Positions 1-8,184 of a stretch of DNA of 34,397 bases are shown here, in pieces (within the stretch, counting starts at the first letter, position 1; every line of letters begins with the position of its first letter). Below the pieces are notes generated by a model, which was given only the letters and a program-made list of their open reading frames with translations, made no database searches and had not been told where the DNA came from. This DNA comes from a virus. Its lineage: Duplodnaviria; Caudoviricetes. Position numbers and translations under genes: made by a program. Location of the stretch: IMG/VR virus record IMGVR_UViG_3300038307_000128, positions 1 to 34,397 of that record; one strand, written 5' to 3'.

Positions 1-151
1 TTTACTTTGAAAGTTGCAACTGAATGGGGAAGCACTGCTAGAGAATTGATACTTGCAAGGTGTACAAAGGAATGGGTAGATACTGAATGTACTTGGAATG
101 TGTACAAAGATAGTACGGCATGGACAACGGGTGGTGGTGTTGATGATACTG
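1..151. repeat. Terminal direct repeat (copy 1), circular overlap with 34247-34397
   Basis: Identical to 34247-34397 except A127 vs G34373. Confidence 0.97.
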
Positions 152-1245
152 CTTTGACCGAGCCAACTTATTCGGCAACCGTTGGTGATAGTTCGGGTGA
201 TATAGTTGTAGACATTACAAAGTTGGTCGTTGATGCAATTAAGCGAAGGGCGGGAAATCTTAACTTCATTATTTATATGCAGTCAACCCCTGCATCTACT
301 GCAATTGCAACTTACCATAGTGTCAACGCAACAACTCCAAGCAACAGACCTGCACTCGCTATGACAGTTGCAGACACAATTGTCTGGTCAGGCGTGGTTG
401 ACGATGGTGATGCTGATAACTTATTGAATTGGAACAATATCACGAGTGTAGGAAATACTCTTCCAACCAACAATGACTATGTTTACTTCAATAGTGGAAG
501 CGTAGACGTTACAGAAGGAACGATAAGTTGTGACTCAATGTTTATTAGTGAAGGGTATACAGGAAACATTGGTAGCACTTCAACACAGATAATAATCCGA
601 AGCGATGGTGACAGGTCAATAGATGCAGACAAGAAGTTAGTTATAAACAAGGGCGAAGGATTGTTTAGTTTGAAAGCATATACCTTGACAAGCCAAAGTG
701 TTTACATTTCAAAGTGCCAAGAAAATTGCAAGTACGAAGGCGTGGTGTCTTACAATTGTTATGTGAGTGGAACAAATGCGAACTTAGAAATTGTTGGTGA
801 ATCTAATCTTGTTGCAACAGGAACAAAAACAGGAACAAAAAACATTACAACAAGCGGAACTGTCACAACCATAATAGCGTTCAATACTAAGTTGACCGTA
901 TCAAATGGCTGCAATGATTTTACTCTTGGTGATGGTTCGAGAATGAATGTGACAAGTGGAGATATTGCACAAAGAGGCTCAAGTTACATAACAGACAACT
1001 CGTATGTTGATTTCCGTGGTGGCGAGATAGGCGCAGATACACATATCTTCAGTGGTACTTTAAGTTTCAAGAACAACGAGAACCCAAGCATTACAACAGA
1101 AGATATTTACTTGTGGAAGAATGGTTACTTTGACTCAAGAACCAACGTAGGTGCTTGGAATGATACGGCTTCCCCTTCGATAGATTGTAGGGGTGGTGGT
1201 AAGTTTGTTGTAGATGTTGGCAGGACTTTAACGATAGCAAACTGA
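1..1245 (+). CDS. 3' part of a ~476-aa tail/receptor-binding protein (N-terminal DNRLRE-like domain plus beta-rich domain) that starts at 34061 across the circular junction
   Basis: ATG at 34061 reads in frame through the overlap; W..TWN...W..GGG and YHS.NAT.PSNRPAL motifs typical of DNRLRE domains; last gene of the tail module. Confidence 0.65.
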   Translation, partial: FTLKVATEWGSTARELILARCTKEWVDTECTWNVYKDSTAWTTGGGVDDTALTEPTYSATVGDSSGDIVVDITKLVVDAIKRRAGNLNFIIYMQSTPASTAIATYHSVNATTPSNRPALAMTVADTIVWSGVVDDGDADNLLNWNNITSVGNTLPTNNDYVYFNSGSVDVTEGTISCDSMFISEGYTGNIGSTSTQIIIRSDGDRSIDADKKLVINKGEGLFSLKAYTLTSQSVYISKCQENCKYEGVVSYNCYVSGTNANLEIVGESNLVATGTKTGTKNITTSGTVTTIIAFNTKLTVSNGCNDFTLGDGSRMNVTSGDIAQRGSSYITDNSYVDFRGGEIGADTHIFSGTLSFKNNENPSITTEDIYLWKNGYFDSRTNVGAWNDTASPSIDCRGGGKFVVDVGRTLTIAN

Positions 1246-2021
1246 TGGCACAGTACGCACAGTTCGCTGCTATTAGTTGTACGCATTGTCCGTACCAATC
1301 GGAACGTGCAATTAAAAAACTGCTTGAAGAATTAAAGGGCAGAAATCTTACTCACTTTATTCACTTGGGAGATGTTGTAGATGCAGAAGCCGCTTCGGTA
1401 CACAACGACAACGAACCAGTTGGTCATACCTTGCACGATGAGTTTACTATTGCTTCGGATATGTTGCGTAGGATAAGGGAAGCGTTGCCAAACGACTGCC
1501 AGTTAATTTTGTTGGACGGGAACCACGATGATAATATCCAACGCCCAGATTCTAGAAGAATTAAATATGACTTGCGTGACTTATGCAACCCAAGAAAGAT
1601 GGACGGCATTGCAGATGAATACAAAAAATGGAAACACATCCCTTACCGTCATGGAGTACGAGGATGTTACAAATTGGGGGCGGTCATCTTTGCTCATGGT
1701 TACAGTGCCTCAGCAAACAGTGATGACATTGAGGCAATACAACTCGCAACTGCTTGCGGGGGTCATGCTCACAGACTCATTGTTAGAGGACATACTCACC
1801 GCCCAGTACCGCCAACCCAATGTAAGCGAAGTGCAAGAGTAAAGTTGCCATGGCATTATGCAAATGTTGGTTATATGGCGTTCGATGAGCGACCTGCATA
1901 TACTCATCGCTTCGACATAACGCAATGGGGAAGGGCTTGTTTGATTGGAGAAACTAAAATAGGACGAGCAGACCGCATTGGAAAAGATGGTTGGAAAGCA
2001 CAACTAATATCACTCGATTGA
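1245..2021 (+). CDS. Calcineurin-like metallophosphoesterase
   Basis: HLGDVVD, GNHD, AHG, GHTH motifs; first motif reads SCTH instead of SDxH. Confidence 0.85.
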   Translation: MAQYAQFAAISCTHCPYQSERAIKKLLEELKGRNLTHFIHLGDVVDAEAASVHNDNEPVGHTLHDEFTIASDMLRRIREALPNDCQLILLDGNHDDNIQRPDSRRIKYDLRDLCNPRKMDGIADEYKKWKHIPYRHGVRGCYKLGAVIFAHGYSASANSDDIEAIQLATACGGHAHRLIVRGHTHRPVPPTQCKRSARVKLPWHYANVGYMAFDERPAYTHRFDITQWGRACLIGETKIGRADRIGKDGWKAQLISLD

Positions 2022-2168
2022 TTTAAGGTCTAGTAACTAATAACTAAAAACATTGGGCGAGTCGTTCTGTTACAATGCCCTAGATATCGAAAGGAACGGA
2101 CTCCAATCGTCAAACGAGATAGGTAATGTTTTACCAACGAGGGGAGTCCAAAGTTTAAGGAGATGCCA

Positions 2169-3014
2169 ATGGCTCTCAAAGCGAAACAGCCGACAGCGAA
2201 GAACGCTCGGCTCAAGTTGTTTATGTATGGTGATGCAGGGGTGGGTAAAACTACTGCCTCTTGCGTACTACCTGCACCTTACATAATTGATACGGAACAA
2301 GGTACTAACAATTACTCGGAACTCATAACCAAGGCAGGTGGTGCTGTGTTCCAAACAACTTCAATGGATGAAATTATTGAAGAAGTAAGACAGTTGCGTA
2401 AAGAAAAGCACGACTACAAAACTTTGGTAATAGATTCATCCACACCCGCATACTTTGACTTGATAGAAAAGTGTGAGGAAAAAGTTGGCTCAGAGTTTGG
2501 TAGACACTATGGTGAAGCAAACAAATACATGAGGCGGTTAATTAACTTGCTCATGGATTTGGACATGAATGTTATCTTCACAGCACATAGTAAAGTTGTG
2601 TATGGCGATGATATGAAAAAGATGGGTACAACCTTTGACGGTTGGAAGCGTTTGGATTATATCTTCGACCTTGTATTAGAACTGCGAAAGATTACACCAA
2701 CAAACAGGAAGGCAAAAGTTGTGAAGACACGACTCGAAGGTTTCCCAGATGGCGATGTATTCGATTGGACTTTTGATGCGCTGTCTAAACGGTATGCAGT
2801 TACAGAAATGGAACGTGAAACTGTTGCGGTTAAAGTTGCGACAAAGAAACAGATTGAACAGATAAGAAAGATTGCCGAGAACATCAATGAAGGTAATGAG
2901 TTTGTTTCTAGTTGTTTGAAGAAAGCAAAAGTAACTGTGTTAGAAGATATGCCACATGACAAGGCAGACAAAATGATTGAAGCAATGAAAAAGAAAATAG
3001 GAGCAATTGAATGA
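2169..3014 (+). CDS. Sak4-like AAA ATPase / ssDNA-annealing recombinase
   Basis: Walker A GDAGVGKT, IDTE, Walker B LVIDS, FTAH; next to an SSB gene; AAGGAG at 2157-2162 favours ATG 2169. Confidence 0.8.
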   Translation: MALKAKQPTAKNARLKLFMYGDAGVGKTTASCVLPAPYIIDTEQGTNNYSELITKAGGAVFQTTSMDEIIEEVRQLRKEKHDYKTLVIDSSTPAYFDLIEKCEEKVGSEFGRHYGEANKYMRRLINLLMDLDMNVIFTAHSKVVYGDDMKKMGTTFDGWKRLDYIFDLVLELRKITPTNRKAKVVKTRLEGFPDGDVFDWTFDALSKRYAVTEMERETVAVKVATKKQIEQIRKIAENINEGNEFVSSCLKKAKVTVLEDMPHDKADKMIEAMKKKIGAIE

Positions 3015-3451
3015 TTGAATACAATCCAGAAGATGTACCTGAAACAAATGACTACGCCCCTTGGGAAAAAGGTAATTACGAATCTGAAATTATCGAAGCA
3101 GACAAAATGCAATCCAAAGCGGGTAACGATATGATTAGATTAAATCTTGTAGTCACTAATGATATTGGTGGCACGACTAGAATTTATGATTATGTAGTAA
3201 TTCCAAATACATTATGGAAGTTAAAAAGTTTGTGCCGTTGTTTTAGTATTGAGTTTGATGGCACACTTGATGAGAAAACATTGATTGGCAGACGTATTGA
3301 AATCCAAGTAGACATTGATAAAGGAAACGAAAAGTACCCACCTAAAAATATTGTGAAAAAATATATAGACGGCATTGGCGTTCAACCGAAAGTTGAAAAA
3401 CAAGAAGTTGCATCGACTCCCCCTGTGCCTGAAGATGATATTCCATTTTGA
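3011..3451 (+). CDS. DUF669-like single-stranded DNA-binding protein
   Basis: G.Y...I......SKAGNDMI motif, acidic C-terminal DDIPF tail, follows Sak4-like gene. Confidence 0.8.
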   Translation: MIEYNPEDVPETNDYAPWEKGNYESEIIEADKMQSKAGNDMIRLNLVVTNDIGGTTRIYDYVVIPNTLWKLKSLCRCFSIEFDGTLDEKTLIGRRIEIQVDIDKGNEKYPPKNIVKKYIDGIGVQPKVEKQEVASTPPVPEDDIPF

Positions 3452-3473
3452 TTTATACTAAGTTATCCTTTCG

Positions 3474-3510
3474 CTTGTGGGGTGGGAGAAATCCTGCCCT
3501 GCAAGTTTTT
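3474..3510 (+). terminator. Intrinsic terminator/attenuator hairpin
   Basis: CTTGTGGGGTGGGA-GAAA-TCCTGCCCTGCAAG (14 bp with G-U pairs) followed by TTTTT. Confidence 0.7.
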
Positions 3511-3539
3511 GGATAAGGCAAAGATGAAAGGACTTATTG

Positions 3540-4358
3540 ATGCCAAAGAAAAAAACAAACAAGATGCCCGCCATACTTTTTTATACAGGCGATTGGTTGA
3601 AAGACCCCGCTATAAGATGTTGCAGTTTAGAAGCAAGAGGATTATGGATTGAGATGTTGTGTCTTATGTATGAGTCACCTGTTCGAGGTTACTTGTCATT
3701 GACGAACGGAGTTGGCGTGTCTGACGTTCAGTTGGCTAGGATGGTCGGCGCATCGACTGAAGAAGTCAAACGCATCACAGACGAACTCAGAGCCTGTGGC
3801 GTGTTCTCAGAAACAAGTGAAGGTATTAAGTATTCAAGGCGTATGGTTTCAGATGAATTAGTTAGAGCCGATAAAAGTAAAGCGGGAAAGAAAGGAATGG
3901 AAAACCGTTATAACAAAACCGATAACAAACCATCTAACAGAGAAGTAACAGTTGTTGAATATGAATATGAAGATGAATCTGTAATTAACTCTTCTAATAA
4001 TTATTTAGTAAATAGAAAGTCAAGAGAAAATAATAAAGCAATTGACTTTGTATTAAATGCAATACCTAAAAACCGTTTGCAAAATCCTAGTAAGACACGG
4101 GTGCAGATTCGCAGGGTGTTAGATGTTGCAATTAGTAATGGTAAAGATGAGATGGATTGTGCGACATTGCTTGCCGAGCGTTTTGGTTTGTATTATAAGT
4201 CGCAAGAAGGTAGTGGTGAGTATTTTAAGTCACCGCACAAATGGTTAGAAGAAGATTGTCATTTAGTAGACCCAAGCGTTTGGGATTCACGAAAAAAACC
4301 TCAACCTACAAGTGGTTGGGATTCAGTAACGAAAGGAAATAAAAGTAATGAGTTATAA
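3540..4358 (+). CDS. Phage replication initiator protein (lambda O/YdaU-like organisation)
   Basis: N-terminal PAILFYTGDWLKDP...SLEARGLW..LC.M, YSRRMV.D, low-complexity linker with iteron-like repeats, C-terminal YFKSP.KWL. Confidence 0.7.
   Translation: MPKKKTNKMPAILFYTGDWLKDPAIRCCSLEARGLWIEMLCLMYESPVRGYLSLTNGVGVSDVQLARMVGASTEEVKRITDELRACGVFSETSEGIKYSRRMVSDELVRADKSKAGKKGMENRYNKTDNKPSNREVTVVEYEYEDESVINSSNNYLVNRKSRENNKAIDFVLNAIPKNRLQNPSKTRVQIRRVLDVAISNGKDEMDCATLLAERFGLYYKSQEGSGEYFKSPHKWLEEDCHLVDPSVWDSRKKPQPTSGWDSVTKGNKSNEL
3901..4020. other. Putative replication origin (iterons plus AT-rich tract) inside the initiator gene
   Basis: TAACA at 3911, 3923, 3935, 3946, followed by an AT-rich stretch. 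Confidence 0.5.
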
Positions 4359-4809
4359 ACACACACCAGAACGAATGAGGTATTTGGCTAAAGCCCATCC
4401 AGAGTTTGTTGAATCGTTAGAAAACAAAGCACCGCTCGTCTTACAAGACAAGACAGAGGTATATAGTTTTTTAACTGAAGATAATGTCTTGTACTCTGTG
4501 CATCTTACTTATGTTTATGCTTGCAAGCAAAGACACGACATAGAATCTCAGGTTGAAGGCAGGAACTTTATGGTTACTGGTTTGTATTGGATACCTAATG
4601 CAAGTCAGAATCCTATTGAGGTTGATGACTACGAAGAACTCACTCATAGATGTAATGAGTTTATGGAAATTAAGTTTGATATTGAAGATTGTTATACCAA
4701 GTATGATTTTGGTTATGAAGATGAAGAAGAAGAAGAAGAAATTGTGTATGGTAATAGACCAAGCGATAACCCTAACCCTGTAGACAACGAGAACGGACAC
4801 TACTTATGA
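4348..4809 (+). CDS. Hypothetical protein with acidic C-terminus
   Basis: ORF with GAAAGGA RBS, overlaps the initiator stop. Confidence 0.7.
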   Translation: MSYKHTPERMRYLAKAHPEFVESLENKAPLVLQDKTEVYSFLTEDNVLYSVHLTYVYACKQRHDIESQVEGRNFMVTGLYWIPNASQNPIEVDDYEELTHRCNEFMEIKFDIEDCYTKYDFGYEDEEEEEEIVYGNRPSDNPNPVDNENGHYL

Positions 4810-4949
4810 ATGATAAGAAACAAAAAGAAAGCGAAACTTTTAAGGCAATTGGTATGTTGATTGGATATGCTTTGGTAAATGTTACAAAGGGCGCATTCTT
4901 TGTACTCGGTGGTTACGTTGTGTTGCGATTGGTTGGTGTGTTGCAATGA
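4806..4949 (+). CDS. Small hydrophobic protein (47 aa, MNDKKQKESETFKAIGML...LVGVLQ), not in ORF track
   Basis: ATGA overlaps with both neighbours; hydrophobic C-terminal half. Confidence 0.65.
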   Translation: MNDKKQKESETFKAIGMLIGYALVNVTKGAFFVLGGYVVLRLVGVLQ

Positions 4950-5470
4950 ATGAAATAGAAACAACAATTGACAGGGGTGCCGAGTGGCGAAAGTCTGTTG
5001 AGTTAATGCAAGGTCTGTTTCCTAAATGGCAAACTTCAAATGAACAACTTCAATCGTGGAAGGAAAGATTTGGTATGTTGAATCCAGATTGGTTTCGTGA
5101 AGCATTGCATTTAACTTATCACACTTACAACAGCGACAGCCCAAAACCTAAATGGGTTGTTGAATGTTTTAGGCAAGTCAAGGCAGGGCATCAAGGTATT
5201 CCATTGACTGAGTCAGACGGTGCAACACTTCAACGCCAACAAGACCAACAAGAACAAGAGTTACATGAGTTGCAAGTTAATGCAGACAGAGAACACGCTC
5301 GCAACGAAGTTGCAACGTGGACACAAGAAGATGCAACACATTGGGCAACCTTGTTTGCAAAAAATTATAATGGTATGGTTTCTGAAAGGAATAAACTAAA
5401 CGACATAGCAACATGGTCGGACACCTTTACCCAGTTTGTTTTTGTGTTTAGGAAAATGCAGACGCAATAG
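4946..5470 (+). CDS. Hypothetical protein, possibly a helicase loader/inhibitor by position
   Basis: Translationally coupled ORF closing the replication operon; function is inference only. Confidence 0.6.
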   Translation: MNEIETTIDRGAEWRKSVELMQGLFPKWQTSNEQLQSWKERFGMLNPDWFREALHLTYHTYNSDSPKPKWVVECFRQVKAGHQGIPLTESDGATLQRQQDQQEQELHELQVNADREHARNEVATWTQEDATHWATLFAKNYNGMVSERNKLNDIATWSDTFTQFVFVFRKMQTQ

Positions 5471-5500
5471 CGAAAACAACCAACGCATTTGCTCACAATC

Positions 5501-5539
5501 AAAAACGCCCTGCACGTTCAATCGTCAGGGCGTTTTTTT
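5501..5539 (+). terminator. Intrinsic terminator, likely bidirectional
   Basis: AAAAACGCCCTG..ACG-TTCAAT-CGT-CAGGGCGTTTTTTT. Confidence 0.85.
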
Positions 5540-5627
5540 CATTTGCGTCTATATATATGTACGTGGTGCAGATTTATCTGCGTTTTTGGCGTAATAAATG
5601 CAAAAATCACGTTTTTTCGATATTTAC

Positions 5628-5657
5628 TTGCATAAATGACGATTATTGTTGTATCTT
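5628..5657 (+). promoter_or_regulatory. Putative sigma70-type early promoter
   Basis: TTGCAT (5628-5633), 18-nt spacer, TATCTT (5652-5657), just downstream of a terminator. Confidence 0.5.
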
Positions 5658-5673
5658 ATACAAATACAAATTG

Positions 5674-6103
5674 ATTCTTATCGAGTTTAGGCACTAACGG
5701 TTGGGAATGAAAAAGCCAACGAAGTACAATCACAAATCGCAAGTGGTGGTTGGAACAAAAGTCAAACAAGAATTCAAAAAAGGTTAGGCAGATTGGACAA
5801 TGACATTCAACCGCGAATCAAAGCGAAGCGAATCGAGTCAACAACTGTAACAATTTTTTTTGAGTTTGAAAGCGAACGGCGACACGTACAAGTAGCATCG
5901 AGAGAATTAACACATAGCGACAGAGATACGAATACGATAGTTGTATTCAACCCAACAAATGTAGCAACGCACTATTGCACCAAGACATTACGAGTAATTA
6001 AAAGTTACGAGTTGTAAAAGAATGTTATTTACAATCGGACAACACTTGTTAGTTGTAGTCGAGTGAACAAAGTGAAACTTGCAATTGCATAGTTGATAAG
6101 AAT
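5674..6103 (+). ncRNA. Candidate large structured non-coding RNA (~430 nt), family unassigned
   Basis: Hand-folded nested helices: 5674-5684/6093-6103, 5700-5705/5951-5956, 5770-5785/5852-5867, 5930-5948, 5972-5979/6086-6092, 6008-6037, 6043-6074; no credible ORF. Confidence 0.6.
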
Positions 6104-6147
6104 ATTGGATGCGTAAATTAAACATTCACAAACTTAGCAGGGGGATA

Positions 6148-6183
6148 AGTAACACGAGCCGAAAGGTTGGTGTTGCTATTTGT
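6148..6183 (+). terminator. GAAA-tetraloop hairpin, possible terminator or processing site after the candidate ncRNA
   Basis: AGTAACAC-G-AGCC-GAAA-GGTT-G-GTGTTGCT followed by ATTTGTT. Confidence 0.45.
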
Positions 6184-6233
6184 TAGTTAGTTAATTCACA
6201 AAAGCCGAAAGGCACAACGAAAGGAAACAAGTT

Positions 6234-6380
6234 ATGAAACTTACACAAGAACAAGTAAAAGAAATCGAAGTGGCAATCAAAGTTCTCACTGAAACACTCA
6301 GCGGTGCTAACACAGTTTCGATTGTTGCAATAGCCCAAGCACGTTTTACTTTGGAAGCAATGGTCGAAGATTTGAAGTAA
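6234..6380 (+). CDS. Small early protein (48 aa, MKLTQEQVKEIEVAIK...EDLK), not in ORF track
   Basis: GAAAGGA RBS, ATG 6234, TAA 6378-6380. Confidence 0.75.
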   Translation: MKLTQEQVKEIEVAIKVLTETLSGANTVSIVAIAQARFTLEAMVEDLK

Positions 6381-6438
6381 CTCGATTGCGAGGTGGGTTG
6401 CATTCTTCGGAGTGCAACCTTCCGCACAATTCGGTGCG
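6381..6438 (+). promoter_or_regulatory. Three tandem hairpins including a C(UUCG)G stem-loop
   Basis: CTCG-ATTG-CGAG; GGTTGCATTC-TTCG-GAGTGCAACC; CGCAC-AATTCG-GTGCG. Confidence 0.55.
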
Positions 6439-6475
6439 ACAAGAAACACAAACAATTCTTAGAAAGGATAAAACA

Positions 6476-6691
6476 ATGTTTACAGAATACACAGCAACAA
6501 TAACATACGCACCATTTGGATTAGAAGGTTTGACAATGAGCAACGTCATTGGTCGTACAAGAAAAGATGCACTTGCATTGGCAGTACAAACAATGACCGA
6601 GGTTGGCATCAGTCAAGGAATGGCAAAATGGGAAGCCGATGCAAATGCAAAGATGGCAAAGATTAGATTATCAAAAGTAAACAAACACTAA
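6476..6691 (+). CDS. Hypothetical early protein (71 aa)
   Basis: Start set by leader repeat copy 1. Confidence 0.75.
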   Translation: MFTEYTATITYAPFGLEGLTMSNVIGRTRKDALALAVQTMTEVGISQGMAKWEADANAKMAKIRLSKVNKH

Positions 6692-6716
6692 ACAATTCTT
6701 AGAAAGGAATAAAACA

Positions 6717-7151
6717 ATGATTACTAGAAAAGATTTGAACGCAATAGCAAACACACTAAACCAACGTATTCAACTTTACTTGAAGCAAGACGAGTTGGAC
6801 AAAGCAAAAGCAGTTTGGTTCACAGCAGAAAGAATGTACCACACAATGGTTTCACTAAATCCAAAAGTACAATACACAAAGTGGAAGGAAGCAGTTTGTG
6901 TTGGGTTTAGTTATAGCGAGTTGTTTGAAGACCAACGTGCAATGACTAACGCAGAATGCTTGGATACAGCAATGGCTTTGATTGATGCGGGATATGAAAT
7001 GGAAACAGTAACAATGGATGCCTTAACAACAGTTGACGAAAGTTGCCCAATAACAAGTAAGGATTGGGAAGTTGTTTTGGAACGAATGAATACATTGGAA
7101 CAGTGTGAACACTACGAAGCAATCGGACGAAAGTTAACAGAACGAAAGTAA
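6717..7151 (+). CDS. Hypothetical early protein
   Basis: Start set by leader repeat copy 2. Confidence 0.8.
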   Translation: MITRKDLNAIANTLNQRIQLYLKQDELDKAKAVWFTAERMYHTMVSLNPKVQYTKWKEAVCVGFSYSELFEDQRAMTNAECLDTAMALIDAGYEMETVTMDALTTVDESCPITSKDWEVVLERMNTLEQCEHYEAIGRKLTERK

Positions 7152-7180
7152 ACAAACAATTCTTAGAAAGGAATAAAACA

Positions 7181-7351
7181 ATGTTCGTAATAATAATAAT
7201 AAACGACAGTCATGACCCACAAGTCATAGGAACTTGGGAAACACGGAAAGAAGCAGAGCAAGCACTGCAACAGAAAAAAGATTCAATGACTGAACGAGAT
7301 TGGAAAGGCGTTACAGAAATAATGGTTACGGGAATATGGATGGTCAACTAA
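7181..7351 (+). CDS. Hypothetical early protein (56 aa, MFVIIIINDSHDPQVIGTWETRKEAE...), not in ORF track
   Basis: Start set by leader repeat copy 3; stop abuts copy 4. Confidence 0.75.
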   Translation: MFVIIIINDSHDPQVIGTWETRKEAEQALQQKKDSMTERDWKGVTEIMVTGIWMVN

Positions 7352-7377
7352 AACAATTATCTTGAAAGGATAAAACA

Positions 7378-7626
7378 ATGGCAGATAAAAAAGTAACGAT
7401 TGAACTACACGAAAGCGATTTGAAGTTTTTGATATACGCACTGGGGAAAGCCGAAAAGTGGCACATAGCAGTATCAAAAGAAACCACAGACCCAGACAAT
7501 GTAGCAACCAAGAAAGAGTTTCGAGAATGGCAACAGCATAAAATTGATAAGTGTTTTATGTTGGCGTGTGATTTAGAAAGCGACCATGAAGAACGAATCG
7601 AAATCCAGAAAGGAATTACACAATGA
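7378..7626 (+). CDS. Hypothetical early protein
   Basis: Start set by leader repeat copy 4. Confidence 0.8.
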   Translation: MADKKVTIELHESDLKFLIYALGKAEKWHIAVSKETTDPDNVATKKEFREWQQHKIDKCFMLACDLESDHEERIEIQKGITQ

Positions 7627-7775
7627 GTAAAACAATTAAAACAGAAACAACTTTTACAGAACTTCAAGCGAAATTGATACTTGCATTGCTTTTGCAACTC
7701 AAAGATAGTGAAGCAGGACAATTGGACAACTTTTACAATGGTGGTGTCGAAGACCATTGCAACAAGGCGTCTTGA
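7623..7775 (+). CDS. Hypothetical protein (50 aa, MSKTIKTETTF...), not in ORF track
   Basis: GAAAGGA RBS, ATGA overlap. Confidence 0.65.
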   Translation: MSKTIKTETTFTELQAKLILALLLQLKDSEAGQLDNFYNGGVEDHCNKAS

Positions 7776-7778
7776 ACT

Positions 7779-7991
7779 ATGAGAGCGTTAAAAGAACTGC
7801 AACGCAAATACAAGACATATCGAATAGCAAACCCACACCTTGAACCATTTGGGGTGTGGTGTTTGTTATGTGTTGAGTTTTATGGTTGCGACAAGGACGA
7901 AGCGATAGTAAAAGAATCTTGGGATAAGTTTCAGTCAGCCAAGAAAAAGGTACTAGGTAAAAAACAATTTAAGAAAAGGAAAAAGAAATGA
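7779..7991 (+). CDS. Hypothetical basic protein
   Basis: ORF tiling the operon. Confidence 0.6.
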   Translation: MRALKELQRKYKTYRIANPHLEPFGVWCLLCVEFYGCDKDEAIVKESWDKFQSAKKKVLGKKQFKKRKKK

Positions 7992-8155
7992 CTACTGAAG
8001 AATTAAAAAGTATACCCGTTGTTGATATGGCAGATGAAATTATTAAACAGCGAGTAATAAAAAAGAACAAAGAACATGAAAGAAAGTTTTTCCATAACAC
8101 TATGCGGTTAGGAAATGAATTAGTAAAGGTAAAAACACAGGTACTAGAAAAGTAA
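7988..8155 (+). CDS. Hypothetical protein (55 aa, MTTEELKSIP...), not in ORF track
   Basis: AAAGGA RBS, ATGA overlap. Confidence 0.65.
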   Translation: MTTEELKSIPVVDMADEIIKQRVIKKNKEHERKFFHNTMRLGNELVKVKTQVLEK

Positions 8156-8184
8156 ACAGGCGCAAGCCGAAAGGAATTACAGTT

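Larger units (their letters stand above)
6450..7380 (+). repeat. Four copies of the leader repeat AAACAATTCTTAGAAAGGA(A)TAAAACAATG
   Basis: Copies at 6450-6478, 6690-6719, 7154-7183 and 7351-7380 (variant); each ends in a gene's ATG. Confidence 0.95.

Noticed and set aside
5793-6017. 74-aa ORF in the track
   Set aside because: TTG start, weak RBS, not coupled to neighbours, and it lies in a region better explained by RNA structure; not fully excluded
5674-6230. tRNA, tmRNA, group I/II intron or hammerhead identity for the structured region
   Set aside because: I could not find a T-loop/CCA end, intron catalytic motifs or a CUGAUGA/GAAA core
6450-7380. Four ~30-bp direct repeats as a CRISPR array
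   Set aside because: Spacers are about 170-435 nt, unequal, and are complete genes; the repeats contain SD and ATG; no cas genes
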